Below are positions 25,701 to 39,506 of a DNA stretch of 64,000 nt, piece after piece. Below the pieces are notes generated by a model. That model was not told the DNA's origin, did not search any database, and worked only from the letters and a program-made list of their open reading frames with translations. The DNA comes from Saccostrea cucullata. Taxonomy: Eukaryota. Position 1 is the first letter of the stretch, and every line of letters starts with the position of its first letter. Where the stretch lies: contig NW_026931770.1 of NCBI RefSeq assembly GCF_032062105.1, forward strand, positions 186,001-250,000, given 5' to 3'. Position numbers and translations under genes: made by a program.

Positions 25701-28700
25701 TTCAACAAAAAAGAGAGAAATGACAGAACATGTTAACTCTACTGAATACAATTAAAATATTTGCACAATGAGCACAAAAACAATATCCACTGCAGTTTTA
25801 TTGACAATTTTTTGAAACATTTTGGGTGAGGGTTTTGAAATACCCTCTAAACATGAGCAAAATATATAAATAAATAAAAAATTATGACTGGGTCTGCAAA
25901 ATTCTCTATTAGAATTATGCTCTTAGTTTTCTATACATATCCCAATCATGTTTTAAAGGGGTGGGGTATAATCTAAATAAGAATTCCTTCATGTTTCAGA
26001 TGAGTGAGAACATTGAATAAGGATACTGTCTACGAGTCTGCTGATGATCCGGACGTAATAATCCAGATCTGGATTCCAATCCAGACTCTCCTCGTGAGCG
26101 AATCTCTGGTAATCCTCCGTCAGGAACCAGGAACTCAGCCGGATCTCCTGGTGGGCATCTGATGGGCAACAAATAACATTTTTATGTTATAAAATTGATA
26201 AATGCTTCAATTATACAAGAAATGACATTAACTGCAGGTGCAGGAAAACAATTTTTTAGGCAATACAGTTTATGTCTATGTGTTTCCGTTTTCCTCCCAT
26301 GTCTTGAACTGTTGTAAAATGCTACAGAAATGTGAAATACATAAATACTTACTCCAGATGGTGGTGACCAGCCTCCGTTTGTATGCTGCTCGTTGGACCA
26401 GTATCTTGTGATAGTAATGTAGTGTGTTGTACAGATAGGTGATGGGATGATCTAGTTAAAGAGAGGAACCAACTTCAATTTACAAATTACAATAATCTGT
26501 GTCTCTTACCTTCATTCAAATGACATAATACATTATTAGTACATGTCTAATTAAACTTGAATCCAAACAAAGGTAAAATAAGTTTGTTACTTTTAGTCAA
26601 TCAAACAAGTGTTTGTTCAGCATTTCAATGGCTTAAGATGTATTTTCTGTGCAAGTCTACCAAGTACACTTCCATTCTGCTTTGAAAGTAGTCTTCCTGT
26701 ACATACCGTGAAACTTGTAGAGGACCCCCAGACTCTCCAGGATTTTCTCAAACAGGTTGAGGTTACTGGTGGTGAGGGAGGGCTGCTCTAAAATTCTGTG
26801 TAACAGGATGTCCAGCACCTGTTTAATCATATTAAAATTCTTATATGTAATTCCACGTCTAGGATATATCTACCTGGTAAATGTATCCATCAGTTAGGTT
26901 CCAATACAATAAGTGGGATCATGTTCATATAAACACACAAATGCATGTAAATGCTACAGAATGTCCAACTTTGTAAAAGGTACCACAGTATAAACATTAG
27001 TTTTAAATTCCGTTTTTTTTTTTCTTTAAATTTTTTTTAAAAATTTAAAAATTAATATATTGAAAATATTAACACTAATATTAAAACTAAAATCATATCT
27101 AAAAGCAAACAAACTTACAGGTAAAAATCTAAGACAGACATTCCCAAAATATACTGGCAGATACTGGTGTTGGATAGGACTGTTGAGATCTTGGATTCCC
27201 TCAAAGTAGAACTTCTCAGGATATTTCTGTTGAAATAAAACAATATGGCTAAGTAAAAAAAGTTCCTCATATCCTGTAACGTAAAGACTGTATTTATAAT
27301 CTGTGTCTGATTTACAACCGATATACTAGAAAACAATGACAGTTTTTGGGAGGATAAATATGCACAGTGCATGCATGGAAGTTCATATCAGATGTGAAAA
27401 CAATTTTCAGAAATATTAGGGGCATTGCATGTTTTAACTATTTGAAGTAAATCCCATTGATTTCAAAAACTACAAACAAGTAAACAGTCTAAGAACTAAC
27501 CCTGTGGAAGGCCATGTGTTTCTCATGCCAGTTGCTCTGGAGCCAGTGTTCAGGGGAATTCTATCAAATGAAGAAAATATCTTTAAAGCAAGATTGATCA
27601 AATCATTGCATGTCACTATTTACTTAATCAACATTCTCAACAAATAGTTTTGCAACAATGCCTTGAATAGATCCTTTATTCTAGTTTAAATTACCTCTTT
27701 AACAACAATGCCCTGAATAGATCCCTATTCTCTAGTTCATCTGATACAAACCTCTTTAACAAATTCCTGAACTCTGGATTTGAAGTCCTGTGGTTTTAGC
27801 AGCAGCATGTGGATCAGAAGATAACAAAGACGAGCATCTTCATCTACATTCCTCAGGGCCTGTTTATACATAGAAAGCAGCAGATCAGGACTCAATTCAG
27901 CTAAACACTAACAGAAGAGAAACTTCTCTTACACAAGTAAATCAACCCTTACCAGACAGAGAATCAGCCTGTCTATGGTGACAATGTTGTATCTCCACAC
28001 CATCTCATTTAGAGAGTCAATCGCCTGTCAATTAAAATATATCACAATGTAAGGATAACCATCATTTATTTGTATAGTTTCACATGTAGAGTTTTTCTTA
28101 TGCCTATATGGTTTATTAGAAATACAACAATGAATACTTTGGCATTATTACTTATCAATCAATACAAATAATGATGTGTCTCATTTTTCAAATTTTTTTT
28201 TACAAAATGTCATTTTCATAACATAAAATTGTTATTGAGATCACATATACAAAGATTATACTAGCTAAATTTTAGCTTATCTGATTTTTATGTTTCACCT
28301 TGTGAAAGTGTTGTCCTCCTGCAGAATTGACATTAAGTTCTGACACAATGTAATCTGCAAAAGTTCTCAGATGTGCTGAGACAGCCCGAGGTCCAAGACG
28401 ATCCAAAACCCTACAGAAAATCAAATTCAATCTTCATCAAAGGTATAAATTACTTTAGTTCAAGACTAGTATATCCCTACATGCACACTGTAAAAAGGAC
28501 TCGTCTGAGCTTGAATAAATCCTATGGATCAGTAATATGTGTTGTTGTTATTAACTTACTTATATGCTATGGATGGAACTCGATTCTCTTCTAGCAAAGT
28601 TTTCCAGATAATGCTGTAAATAGATTAATAGTATAAGCTTCAAGGTTCAGGTGGAAGAAATATAATTTTTGTAAAATTTCCATTAACACAGTAAACATAA

Positions 28701-31700
28701 AGCAAATATGTAGTGCATAAGCTGTTAAGCATGTCTTAATTCCATTTATACTGACCATAGGAAAACAGTGGACGATCCTTGCATGGAGAAATGAGCGATG
28801 ATGTCATTCTCATTAGCCATGGCTGTCAAGTAAATTCAAAACAGTATTAATACATGTAGATTTAGAGACAAGTTGTATTTGGTAAAATACTGTCAGCAAA
28901 TAAATAGAATTGCATCTAGTTAAGGGGAGCTAATTAACCTAATGTGAGCTTACTTTTCCATTTTTTGTACTCTGCGTCGACGTTTCTTTTGAGTGTGTTT
29001 TTATCGTCGCGGTGCTGCGGCTGAGATTGGAAGAACTCAGCCAGACTGGAGGGGAAGTTGGCCAGGGTGTTCGGGGACCAGTTGTGGGGCGTGTTAGTCA
29101 TGATCTGATTCAGAATCTCCCTCAACCAGGTGGCTGAAAAACTGTCCACACCTACAACAGGTAATACACAGTGTACATGTACAATAAGTATTTACCTATC
29201 TTTACATGTACTAACATTGTCAATTCAAAAATTCAACACTTAAACAGAGAGACATTAAATTTCTTAATAAAATATAGCAGAAGATCAAAAATTGTATAAG
29301 CCCAGTAATACTTGAAAATAATGCTTTGAATGTGAAGTAAAGTTTTATCTGTACAGATACACCACAGATCATTTGTAAGGTAATTAATGATGTCCTACCT
29401 GTGACATGCATGGCCCGAGCCACTGTGAGAACTAGAGCTCTATTGAGCTCCTCTGACTCATTAGACAGAAACCCCGGTCGTCCCGGCTCGTTAAATATCC
29501 TGGACAGCTGGGGCTGAACCTCAAAACTCCCCAGTCCTGTTATCAACCTCAGGGCAGTACTCTCCATACTGAAAATGAGACATCAATGTCAGCACATTGT
29601 AAGATTAAAACATTAACATTGATAAAAAGGTTTTTCAATTAATGTTAATTAGGTGAGAGTTTTCACTTCTCTGTCATTTTTTTCAGTTGGTTCTTGGTTG
29701 ACTTACCACAGCTGTAGCTGGTTCTGGTTGGTTTGAGCTGACTGGCTGAGGTGGTGTAGGTGGCTCAGGAGCTGTATGCGGTAGTGTGGTTGAGTGTGGT
29801 GGAGGCGGTAGCTGAACATCTCGAGGAGGGTATGAAGAATGCCCCAGGCATTGTGGGTGAACACAGTAGGCAGTAACTGGCCTATCAATAAACAAGGATT
29901 AAAGTTAGGTTTTGTGTGGTGTAGAGTGTCATGTATATTTTACTAATAACACAACGCTTCTACAACCATATTTCTGACGGACATATCTAATTCTTTCCCC
30001 TTGCGACCCATGTTGTTTTTACATAAATTTATCGACAAACAATATAGCAGATGACAAAAATATAGTGACACAATATTTTTGTCATCTGCTATATTGTTTG
30101 TTTTGTTTAACAACTGAATGAACATCAATTTTAGCTATATTACAACACAAAGATAAAAATTTATGAAGGTGTTTCTGTCTTCTTCTTTGCAGTTGATATT
30201 TAAGAAATTATTGTAGGTTTCATTTAAGGCTACATACATGTATATATTACATGAAATATAGTAATCCAAGCGTAAAACAACGCACGCGCAATGCTACCCC
30301 TTTTGAGGTCTGAATCTCCCTATTTTTCATCACAATAGGTTAACATGTATGATTGTGTATACGTCATCAATTTTAGTATTACAACACAAAGATAAAAATA
30401 GAATGGGAAAATCTTTTGTCTAAAAATAGCGCTCAGCCTTTCTTTACCGAATATGCGAGAAAAAGTGACGCGGTTTGTGCGGAAGTGGCTAATAATTATG
30501 TCCCTTGACTGTATGTTTACATTTCATGCTTTATAACTTTTTTCCAAACCATTTCCTGCTTGAGCTACTCACCTCCTGTTTACAATTTAGTTAAATGAAT
30601 GTCTGTGCTACTTACTAATGAATCCTTTGATTCCTAGAGATTCTATTTCCATATACACTAGTAGTCGACTATAAGTTTCTATCAGTGCTGGGGACTGAGC
30701 AATTGTTGCCTTAGACTTGGCCTGTTTTATCACTCGGTGGACTATACTGTGTATTAAGCTGAAAAATTGCAATTACATATTTTGAAAATGAATTTCAAAA
30801 CTTTAAAATTGATCAGCATGTACAGTATTTTTTTTAACACATCCTAAAAATGACTAGAAGTCATCCTTATAAAACAATAACTGGGATTTTTTTTAACAGT
30901 TTGTTATAAGGACCAGTATAAGTAAATAATGTATAATCCATCCATTGCTTAGCAGAGGAACAAAGGTGGAAATTATTTTCTACCACTCCATATTTTCTGA
31001 TACTTGCCTACTTTGTAGTAATACTGACCTCATTTTGGCGTGAACTGTGAGCGAGTCCAACAGACTCATGGCCAGAGGCTGAGTAGGAGCTGAAGCTACA
31101 ATGTTGCCAGGCAACAAAGTCGTGTGTTTATTGTCACCATAGATGCTCTCCACCAGTTTCCCCATTGGTAAATTGAAGAAATCATTGTTTGTACTATCTG
31201 TAATATAAAGTATCTGTGACATTTTTTGGAAATGTGCATTACATAGAAACCATCCCTTTATTTATGAAGTCAATTTAGAGCTACTCACATGCATTACAAA
31301 GGAGAGCAATTTTGTAGTCATTCAGTGAGAGATTCTTGTTGTTCAAACTCTGCTTCAAAAATCTGAAATAAACATTATATAATGTCATTTTTAAAATAAA
31401 TTTACTCAGCTTATATCTAATTCTTATTCAGAAAATATGTATGGCTCGTTTCTAATTTTAAAAAAAAAAATAAATATTTAACAAATTTACTTACTCGCAG
31501 TGTTCTTGTAGGGCATAGGGGATGGGTCGTGGCAGTTTGATGGTGTCTGTCTGGGCTTTCTTGTTAAGGTGTATCCAGATACAGGTGGCGGCCACTCCGT
31601 GGGTGGACTGGGCCTTCATTACGTCAGGCATCATTATCGTCCCCTTGTCTGGGTACAGTAGATCATACAGTTTCATCACCGGAAGGAACTCCTTCAGCTG

Positions 31701-34700
31701 TCAAAGGAGGTCAAGTTACAAGTTAATATCGTTTATTTAGTACCATGGAACTTTAAAGTTTATTTCCACTAGATTCTGCTTTTAAACAGCATGGTCCTAA
31801 TGATGATCATGACTATTAATAAATACATGTATCTGTGGCACAAAGTACATGAACTTTTCTGGCTGGCTTATGCATTGTGATGTAAAAATTTACCATCTTT
31901 TTTTTTAACAAATAGACATTATCTTTTTTGATACTACAGATATAAACAGGAACACACATTTTCACATGTCATTCCTTGTCATCACCTGACATGCAGACAG
32001 ATTTGTATACTATGTATGTTATCTTACCGGATTCTTCTGTATGCTGCCTGATATAAACTGCAGTAGGACCCACATTAAGTGATCTCGACCTTTGTTGAGA
32101 TTGCGACCTTTCAGCTTCAGTAAACAAACAAATATTGTGAATTTATGCATTATATAACTATTTAAGATCAAACATTAAAAATAAAAGAATCAAGATTCTT
32201 GCTTTATATTATTGCACTACAAAGACTTTGTCCTGTGTGAGATGCTATTACCTTCTCATAAAGGGACATAACCATGTGTGGAAAACTGGCAAACTGGAAC
32301 AACACAAAATAAATAACCTGGCTGGATAAATGTTGCCATAACAACTGACTAAGGCATTCATCATTGGCAGCATTATCATTCTCTGACCTTTCCATTGCCA
32401 TGACAACCAGGTCAACCAGCTGTTCCTCCAGAACCTCACATCGCTGCTTCACCTGTTAAAAAATTTAACTAATAGTCCTACACACATGTACAAGTAGATG
32501 TCTTCTCTTTAAAAAAATGATCTTATAGCAAATATTTACTAATGGGTTTTCCCTTTTCTTTTATGTGGGATGGGACACAGTCATTTTTATCAAACAAACA
32601 CAGGGATATAACTTTCTTAAAGCTCAGATATTACACATATACTTAAGAAATGAATTCAATTTTTACCATATTTCATCGTTAGCGCTTCATGATAAATATG
32701 CCGGCGTGAAGCGTTGTAGTTCATATACCTCATGACATTATTTTGCTGATGACCTGCCATAAATTTACGCCGTTCAACTGTCATTTTTAAAACAAAACAG
32801 TGTGCACTATATTTTTTGACTTTCTGATGTCAAGAGTGGTATTATGACGTAACAATGGAGATACTCATGCTTATTTGTGATACATACCTAATGTAGTTCA
32901 TGAGAAAATATTGCATTTTATTTTGTAAAGAATCATAGGGAAAATTTATTGGAAATGTAAATATTGATCAAAGGAAAGTTGATTAAAGCTACTAAAATGT
33001 TCGTTATACATCTCTCAAGGTGTATACCTGCTTATTGAGTCCCAGCATGTTACAGACCATGTCCCTGGAGTACGGCTGTTCTAGTACATAGCGTAACAAC
33101 CCTGTCTGAGGCTCGTACAGTTCCTGTGTAAACAATATACCCATCTAACAAAGTACCCAATACTCCTATTACAAAATAGCTATACATGTATAACAAAATA
33201 CTCTTTGTAACATTATACAGCTCTGTACTGTTTTGCTTAAATTTGCCCTGTTTTAAATACCCCCAGTGAAAGGGGCAGAATTCAAATGAGGGCAGAAGTT
33301 TCCCTGTAAAAACTAATCAACAGACTGAAATTTCATACTCATTTTTATCTTCTCCTTAACCATGTTACTGTATTTCAGATTATTTTCTGACCTTGTCATA
33401 AGGAAGGGGTCCATTGAGGGGAAATTTGAGACAGTTTGAGCTGAGACGCCAAACATTGCTGGTGGAGATGGCGTTAGAATGTCCAACTACAGGTAAGAGA
33501 TGGGAGCGACCTGTCAACATTACAATAAAGAGATCATTGCATTTGAATAACTGTTAGAAAAAGAGGATACAGCAAAACTCGGTTATAAGGCCAAAATAAA
33601 ATTATAGTTTGTTTGGAATTGCCGCCCGCCTCATTAAAATATCCCTCGCTCAAAAAATTTTATTAGCAAAATATTAACAATATTTTTTTTTATCGTTTTA
33701 TCGTCTTACATTGTTTAGTACAAATTAGTTCGTTTGTCAAAATAGTTTTTTAAAGTCGGGTTTGAGCTCACATTAACTTAACAACTCGGGTCAATAAAAC
33801 GCTTTCTTCGTAGTATTTATGATACATGTATAGCGATTATAGGCGGCGATTTGACAAAATAAAAGCCGCCAAAATGTCAGACCATGTTGGAAACATTCAA
33901 GCGTTTTGTTGAAGAGTAGAACATTTATGCATCTCTATAAAAATAAAAGGTGAATAAAAAATTAAATGGAATGATACATCGATATCTTGGAAGAGCTTTT
34001 GTAATAGATTGCACATTGAACTTGATAAGTTAAGTCCGTCATGTTGAAAAAAAAATGATCGTTCAGTTCCCACTTAAAAAATTACATGGATCAGAAACGT
34101 TTTATCCCAAATACTAAATGAAAAGAGATGACAAGTCTTTGAAACGTAATGTGAAAACTGATGCATGGTGAAAACTCGAGAACGTACCAAGCACCCCCTC
34201 CCGGTTTTCCACAAAACACTATATATAGCTATATACCTATTTTTAGCTATATAGGTATTTAAACCTATCATAAATAGCTATATCGACATATTTCGGTTGG
34301 ATGTACAACTTAAAAATAGATTTACTCTTGAATAAAAAATAGTCGCAGCTTAATACTAATCAGGTGTTCATAGTTTGGAACTTTACTCACATACGTCATA
34401 ATTATGTTATATAAAAGAGCCGCGTTTGTTTGCAATTATCAAAAGAAAAGAGAAAGGAAGAATAAAGAAGATGACTTACTTGCCTTTGTAGAGGTAAAAT
34501 GACTTATTTTCTTGTTTTCATAAAGAAATTACAATGTGAACTTCCTATAAAACTTCCATTTTTTCGTGCAGCGGAAATGATCACTGCGCGGTAGTTGCAG
34601 AGTAAAGGCGATAAAGTTTCAGAAGCCGGTTTTCATCATCGAAGTATGGAAGCCTAATAACGCTATATGTAATTAAATGTAAAGTTAGTAAAACCTGCAT

Positions 34701-37700
34701 ATGTGGAATTAAGAAATGAAATTAAGTATATATGAAATTGTTATTCATGAAAACAGGCGTAATTAAAGATATATTGACATATTAGACCTCTTGTTTAAAT
34801 TTTGAAAGGATAAAGGACATGGGAAAATGCCCACCCCTCCCTTTACTACATTTTTAAAAATATGAATACTAAATGCAAACCGTTATATTTTTCGGTTTTA
34901 AATTTAATAATAATAGGATTGCAGTGTTCTAATTAAATAATAAAATTAATCCGCCTTACTGCTTCTGAATATAGTAAAAGACCCATGGGCCTTTTTGCTC
35001 ACCGTTTGCAGAATATGAAAGCCTATTTTTTTTTACAGGTATGCCTGTATGCAGCTGTAAATCGCACAGCGATAATAGCGCTGCTGTATACAAGATTTCC
35101 AGTAAAAAATATAAAAAATGTGTGATACAGGCACTTATAGAAAATAAAGTGTTATCAGATAAATCAACATATCTTTGTACAACATGTACAAGTGAGTGCT
35201 TGAAAACTATAACTGACGAGCCAGTAGTTAAGGCAGTAGAAGAAGTTGTAAAACTTATTGAAGAGAAAAAATTATCCGCCAGGGACAAAAAAAGACTTTT
35301 GCGTGCTTTATTACAAGATGAGAAGATGTCCATTGAAGATGATTCTAAACATCTATCTTCCAAATACAAAGATACACAATATTTATCTTCATTAGACACA
35401 AAAAAATGGTTATTAGACAGAAACCATATGGTTATACAGTTTCTCTCTGTCATATCGGGAAGAAAAATCCAAGACTTGACTGAAAAACAGACAGCAGCCT
35501 TCATTTTTGCTGTAGAGCAAATATATTCACTTGTTACCTCAAACCTAATTTTACCTCTTACATTTAGTAAGAATTTACTATCTTAACAAAGTAGATCCAT
35601 CTGCAGTATGAATTCTGTAGCAAGTCCTGGTGGTAGTTACCAGTCCATAGTGTCATGGATAGCCCAGCAGGGAGGGGATCCAATAACCATTAGCGGTGTT
35701 GAGGACGTTCTCACATTTTTTGATAACAATCAGATTCTGACAAGGAGATGGCGAGTTAATTATGACAATAAAACTATTTTATCTGCAATTACGACCGTCG
35801 TTCATTTATTTCCACACAATCTTTCCTACTTGCAACAAAACCCCCATCTCTCACCAAGACAATGGCTGTATCCAAAGAACCTATCTTCACAAATTAGCAA
35901 TTTTTCCAAGTATCTAGATAAGTTCGGAAATATATTCCAGGAATTACGATTGCAATTTGTGGAGTCAAGATTGGAGAAGGTGTACAAGAGCCATACTGAT
36001 GGACTGACAGGACCAACAGACACCATCGAGGAAGGCGTCAGAGGCAGGAAGCGAAAGAGGGAGGAAGAATTACCAAATACTACTTCAAGAGTACAAGAAG
36101 ACCCTTATAGCTTCGTAGAGCACAATCACCCAGGTAAGCAAAAAAATAATAATCGTTGAAATACTACTTTATGGCACAGATATTTTTACAAACATCTTAT
36201 AAAGATTACCAAGATAACTTTATAAAATATACTCTCTATGCTTCCATAGAAATTGAACTGGAAGATGCGGATTCGCCCTCCTCCGGCTCAATTATTTAGT
36301 TTCAATGTGTCATATCCGGTGCAGACATTCTTCAAAAGAGCATCGAAGCAGTCGGTGAGTTTTTAGCATGTTCATTCATTGTTTTTAATACATATGTCTT
36401 AAAATTGTACCCTACTCGATGATTATTTCATTCACATCAATATTTTAACGACCTATATTATCTAAACGCGACTCTTATGTGTGATATTATTTGCTATGTA
36501 GGTGCTGATTGATGTCTAAAAAAAGAAAATATCTTACCATCTTGCGATTCTACAGCCGCCAAAAAAAACGCTCGAGATATCCGATGATATGTCGATATAG
36601 CTATTTATAATAGGTTTAAATACCTATATAGCTAAAAATAGATATATAGCTATATATAGTGATTTGCCTGGACCTGATTCCTAAGAAATTTTGTGTGGTT
36701 CAAACTGTTTGCAAGAATTGTCTTAACAAAGGGGTAAATTTCAAAGAGAAATACTACGAAATAGACTGATAAAAGTATTGTTTAATAACGATTCTTAAAA
36801 TAAACCAGAAGTTTGGTTCTGAAATTTAACTATTAATAAATGAACAGATCTTAACATCTAAATGAGATGAATATTTGAGTACCGTTCTGTGTATATCTTT
36901 TTTTTCAAAATCGGACCAAATATTATTAATAAAATAAAAGAAAGAGGATAATAAATGGAAATTACCCCTGTTCATTGAGATTTTATTTTTTTTTTCATCA
37001 TTTAGCTTCAGTTTGTAAAAAAAAATAATAATAAAATCCCTCCCTCCCTCCTGGGTCTGAAAACCCCCAGGCGGCAATTCCAAACAAACATTTTTTTAAC
37101 GATGGCCTAACGAAGTCGCTGGAACCTATGAAATTACTTCGCTATATCCGTAATTCATTATAACCCTATAAGAAATTAATTAAATTTATATAGCTGGGGA
37201 TCCAAGATGACTTCGCTATATCCGTGAATTGGCAATATCCGTGTTCATACTAAACGAGTTTTACTGTATTAGCTTTCTTTGAAAAGGGGAAAAATTTAGC
37301 CTACATCCTTTTCCAAAATCAAAAATATTGAGATTTCAGAGTTCAAAGATCAAACAATCAAAAGTGGTTTATATTTAATATCAACAAATATTTATCACAG
37401 AGCTGTTTTTACATTTTATCATTTAACAGCTCATTTGTAATCATTTACTCTAAGCTCTAGCAAACATATGCAAACAATAATTACATATCAGCAAAAAATA
37501 ATTATTTACCAGCAAATAACAATTACTTACCAGTAAATAATAATTACACTTACCAGAAACTGTGACCATTTGAGCTGCCGGACGAAAGCTATGTACAAAA
37601 TCAGCGAGGATAGACCCCATCTTCTACAAACAACATTTATTTCATATGTACATGAATGTTTCACAACACCAAATCAAACTTTTATATACAGCAGTATATG

Positions 37701-39506
37701 GCAAAACAGAATCCACCTTTTTAATTCTTAATAAGTATACATCAACTTTACAAAATATACTGAATATATAAAAAGTACATCCTCCCTTAGTATTACGTGT
37801 TTAAGCTATCACTTTTCTGAATTCTTACCCAATGTGGCCATTTTTTGTCCTCAGGACAAACTTTGTTGATTTCATTGACAGCCAGATACGCCGGTAACAG
37901 ACAGACATTCCGATCAAGGATGTGAGCCACTAACTAAAGTAAAAAAAAAAAATCATGTTTAATTTCTAGATGTATATAACCTGCATTTAAATTTTTCATG
38001 TTGTACTCAATTTTCTACTGCTTAAATTAACTCCATAGAAAAAGAAATGAAATGTCTTACATTAATAAAAGATGTTTCCATATCTGGTAAGCAAGGCCAA
38101 AACATTTTATATTTACATGTACATTGTCATGATATTGTATTGGCACAGATACCTACATTTACTGCTGTATCAACGTCTGGCATGACCGACACATTTTCAT
38201 CCTGCTTCACTCCCTGGCATTTCTCTAAGATTCCACGCAGCAAATCTCTACATCCCTATATAGTAAAAGCAATCACTAGATATCAGAAAATCTCTACATT
38301 CCTAAAGTAAAAGTGATCACTAGATATCAGTAAATCTCTACATCCCTATAGTAAAAGCAATCACTAGATATCAGAAAATCTCTACATTCCTAAAGTCAAT
38401 CTCTTTATCCCTATAAAAGTGATCACTAGATATCAGTAAATCTCTATATCCCTATAGTAAAACCAATCATTAGATACCAGAAAATCTCTACATTCCTTCA
38501 ATAAAACAATCACTAGATATCAGTAAATCTCTACATCCCTATAGCAAAAGCAATCACTAAATATCACTAGATCTCTACATTCCTATAGCAAAAGCAATCA
38601 CTAAATATCACTAAATCTCTACATTCCTATAGTAAAAGCAATCACTAGATATCAGTAAATCTCTGTATCCCTATAGTACATGTAACAGTTAACACTAAGT
38701 GTCAGTAAATCTCTACACTTCTAACAGTAAACACTAGATATCTACATAAAAATTTTTGACTGGAAAAGAAATCTTTTAATCTGAAATTTGACTTGTCTGT
38801 TCTCACTTTGTAGTCTACTCCACCAATAATTTTCCTCATCAGCTGGAATGTTTTGGTCCACATAAGACTGGCCTTGTACTGCAGGAGTTCATGTTCTAAC
38901 AGAGCATCACATATCGGCCTAAAATAAACATACTCAGCACTGCATCAATATAATTCTATCAATGGGAAACATTTTAACTGATAACTTATATTAAAGTATT
39001 TCTAAAAAAATCATTGCTTGAATGGAATTTAATTTAAAAATGCAAATTGCAATTTCTTGGAATCAATCTTTGGTTCAAGTGTTGACCTAATTCTTCAGTG
39101 AGGATGACCTACTTAGCAGGGACAATGTTGTTCTCCACCAAGGCTTCTAACAGATCGAGCAGCAGGTCTACTCTGGTGGCATTCTGAATACCATAAATCT
39201 GTGTGATGTAACATTTCAGAGCTGTGTCTAGGCTCTCCTGTATGATAAGAACTTAAACTGTATTGCTTGTATTATTCTTCAAATATATTTTTGAATTCCT
39301 ACAAAATAAAACTCAAATGTTCTTTTTGATACTTCACATTTGTACACAAAGTTATTAAAGATCTTTTTCGCATTGAGATTTTTCACCTGAGGGAGACTGG
39401 CTAGGGCTGTTTTGAGGCTGTTGAAGCAGTGGTCTTTCTTCCATTGTGCCGTTTCCTCAGTGTGTAAAATCACGGAGCAAAAGGCTTCTTCTACAGCTTC
39501 ACCACG
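22713..39506 (-). CDS. MED23: Mediator subunit 23, ~30 exons; native ATG exon not found
   Basis: Continuous homology from RGEAVEEAF (39506) through IIGGVDYKG, QRCEVLEEQLVDLVV, LWQHLSSQ, MESTALRLITGLGS, YLPVYFGNVCLRFLP, DWRFNEF to YHIKYMFVGD; stop at 22713. Confidence 0.95.
22873..23022 (-). other. U12-type GT-AG intron (last intron of MED23)
   Basis: 5' GTATCCTTT, branch CCTTGAC close to the AG; restores DFL-YHIKY. Confidence 0.9.
23475..23675 (-). repeat. ~31-bp tandem repeat spanning a MED23 exon end and donor
   Basis: 6-7 copies of GACAGTTATCTCAGCTCAATGT|GTAAGTATA; functional donor at 23650. Confidence 0.85.
23922..25102 (-). mobile_element. Helentron-type non-autonomous element (HINE) in a MED23 intron
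   Basis: ATACGCCCGTC at the left end; GACAGACG microsatellite and hairpin TACGTCCCGTC-CTAA-GACGGGCGTA plus an A-run at the right end; internal ~150-bp repeats. Confidence 0.75.
25615..26026 (-). other. U12-type GT-AG intron in MED23
   Basis: 5' GTATCCTT, branch TCCTTAAC just upstream of the AG; restores LVD-TIDGKSPFPNCDWRF. Confidence 0.9.
29950..30512 (-). mobile_element. 5' remnant of a Tc1-like transposon
   Basis: Minus strand starts TA|CAGTCAAGGGACATAATTATTAGCC; truncated N-terminus MGRKGKELDMSVRNMVVEAL typical of Tc1 transposases. Confidence 0.65.
33589..37107. mobile_element. 3.5-kb DNA transposon, GGCC termini, TAA TSD (Zator- or Harbinger-like ends)
   Basis: TAA|GGCCA...TTTGTTTGGAATTGCCGCC and GGCGGCAATTCCAAACAAA...TGGCC|TAA. 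Confidence 0.8.
35039..36133 (+). pseudogene. Large exon of a transposase-like gene with one in-frame stop
   Basis: ORFs 35041-35586 and 35608-36159 share a frame; acceptor TTTTACAG at 35038 and donor CAG|GTAAGC at ~36134; Cys/His clusters, GGSY..., LTFFDNNQ, NLS-like RGRKRKR. Confidence 0.55.
38242..38745 (-). repeat. ~44-bp tandem repeat spanning a MED23 acceptor and exon start
   Basis: ~11-12 copies of ACTGATATCTAGTGATTGCTTTTACTATAG|GGATGTAGAGATTT. Confidence 0.9.

Larger units (their letters stand above)
33570..37266. mobile_element. Tc1/mariner-type MITE split by a 3.5-kb insertion
   Basis: TA|CAGCAAAACTCGGTTATAA [insert] CGAAGTC...CGAGTTTTACTG|TA; uninterrupted relatives at ~63410-63582 and ~45930-46020. 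Confidence 0.75.

Noticed and set aside
34956-35504. 182-aa minus-strand ORF
   Set aside because: Antisense shadow of the plus-strand transposase-like exon
35584-35586. Programmed stop-codon readthrough
   Set aside because: The stop is TAA in a decayed, probably internally deleted element; simple pseudogenisation is more likely
38242-38745. CRISPR-like regular array
   Set aside because: No unique spacers; it is a eukaryotic minisatellite derived from a splice acceptor
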